A stretch of 63,951 nt of DNA, filler included, from Octopus bimaculoides (Eukaryota), in the NCBI RefSeq assembly GCF_001194135.2. It is 6 parts of 6 records of this genome, joined end to end, with 100 filler letters (N's around TTAATTAATTAA, not from the genome) between each part and the next. Parts side by side here need not be neighbours in the genome. Positions count along the whole stretch, not along the records: positions 62,948 to 63,951 come from NC_069003.1; 5 more parts are not named here. The stretch is one strand, 5' to 3'. Positions 62,971-63,951 of the stretch are shown piece after piece. The position numbers were made by a program, and so were the translations under genes. The notes under the pieces were generated by a model. The model was not told the origin of the DNA. It did not search any database and saw only the letters and a list, made by a program, of their open reading frames with translations. How positions within the stretch are numbered: the stretch's first letter is position 1; every line of letters begins with the position of its first letter.

Positions 62971-63210
62971 GGCAAGGGAGTGTCTGTGTGGGGAAAAGCT
63001 TGCTTCCCAACCACACGGTTCCGGGTTCAGTCCCATTGCATGGCACCTTGGGCAAGTGTCTTCTACGATGCCCGTCATGTATATGTACATATATATATAT
63101 ATTTATTTGTGTGTCTGTGTGTGTGTGTGTGTGTCCCTCGCCACCATCGCATGACGACCGATGTCGTTGTGTTTACGTCCCTGTAACTTAGCGTTTCGGC
63201 AAAAGATACC
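62971..63210 (+). mobile_element. SINE family C, internally deleted
   Basis: Head GGAGTGTCTGTGTGGGGAAAAGCTTGCTTCCCAACCACACGGTTCCGGGTTCAGTCCC and body to GCGTTTCGGCAAAAGATACC. Confidence 0.85.
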
Positions 63211-63244
63211 TTTTGTGAGTGAATTTGGTGTGTACATGTATATA

Positions 63245-63385
63245 TTGGGTTGGTGCATAATTATTGCGAATTTTCTTCAATAACAACATGTAACAAAAAC
63301 ACCTTTAAATGATTATTCCGGAGCATATTCACCATCTACTTCAATTACTGCTTCTCATTTGCTTTCCAGACGGTCAGACCGTCGT
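63245..63385 (-). mobile_element. Mariner right end (TIR plus transposase C-terminus)
   Basis: TA|TTGGGTTGGTGCATAATTATTGCG resembles Hsmar1/MADE1-type TIRs; minus strand encodes ..EAVIEVDGEYAPE*. Confidence 0.7.
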
Positions 63386-63476
63386 CTAAAGATGTTTTTC
63401 TTAAATATTGTTATTGTTCGCCCGGCGTGCTAACGATTCTGCAAGTTCACCGCCTTTATACACCAGCGTAATAATG

Positions 63477-63875
63477 ATTTCAAATTTTTGCCACAAGGGC
63501 AGATTGGTGGTGGTGGGGGGGTGATTAAGTAGATTACACCGACCCCTTGTGCGTAGCTGGTACTTATTTAATCGACCCCGAAAGGACGAAAAGCAAATTC
63601 GACCTCGGTGGATTTTGAACTTAGAACGTAGCCGCAGACGTAATACCTATTTCTTTATTGCCCACAAGGGGCTAAACATAGAGGAAACAAACAAGAACAG
63701 ACGAACGGATTAAGTCGATTACATCGATCCCAGTGCGTAACTGGTAATTAATTTATCGACCCCGAAAGGACGAAAGGCAAATTCGACCTCGGTGGATTTT
63801 GAACTCAGAACGTAACGGCAGACGTAATACCACCAAGCATTTCGCCCGGCGTGCTAACGATTCTGTCAGCGCTCG
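63477..63875 (-). mobile_element. Two tandem SINE family A units (long-tail unit plus headless unit)
   Basis: Two copies of TTTATCGACCCCGAAAGGACGAAA.GCAAATTCGACCTCGGTGGATTTTGAACT; junction near 63645. Confidence 0.85.
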
Positions 63876-63951
63876 CTGTCTTTATTCACCAGCGTAATAA
63901 TGAAAGAAATATGTATTCAATACTTAAAGTGATGTCGTTGTACTTACCTAT

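Overview
AT-rich, microsatellite-dense eukaryotic DNA with many N gaps. The SINE families, the (TAA)n/(CATA)n-associated RLE LINEs and the repeat density suggest a coleoid cephalopod, probably Octopus; this is an inference from recognition, not a database match. Five identical 100-bp spacers (44 N + TTAATTAATTAA + 44 N) indicate the window is six joined scaffold pieces, so adjacency across them is unverified. I found no host protein-coding exon I can support; almost all listed ORFs are microsatellite or N translations. Identifiable content is transposon debris: three tRNA-derived SINE families (about 20 copies), Helitron Rep and PIF1-helicase remnants, one Helitron with both termini, Tc1 (DD34E), mariner and maT-like (DD37D spacing) relics, R4/Dong-type RLE LINEs, RTE, CR1-group and Penelope-like fragments, and a 5S rRNA pseudogene. 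The most notable signal is a short repeat with a tRNA-like B-box head and a minimal type-I hammerhead ribozyme motif (6.1-6.7 kb, inverted pair), whose 3' tail is also fused to a Penelope-type reverse transcriptase at 20.2-20.5 kb. Also notable are a near-perfect 225-bp inverted local copy inserted inside a SINE, a mariner whose right end is an inverted copy of its left end, and stacked Dong-like 3' ends in one (TAA)n tract.
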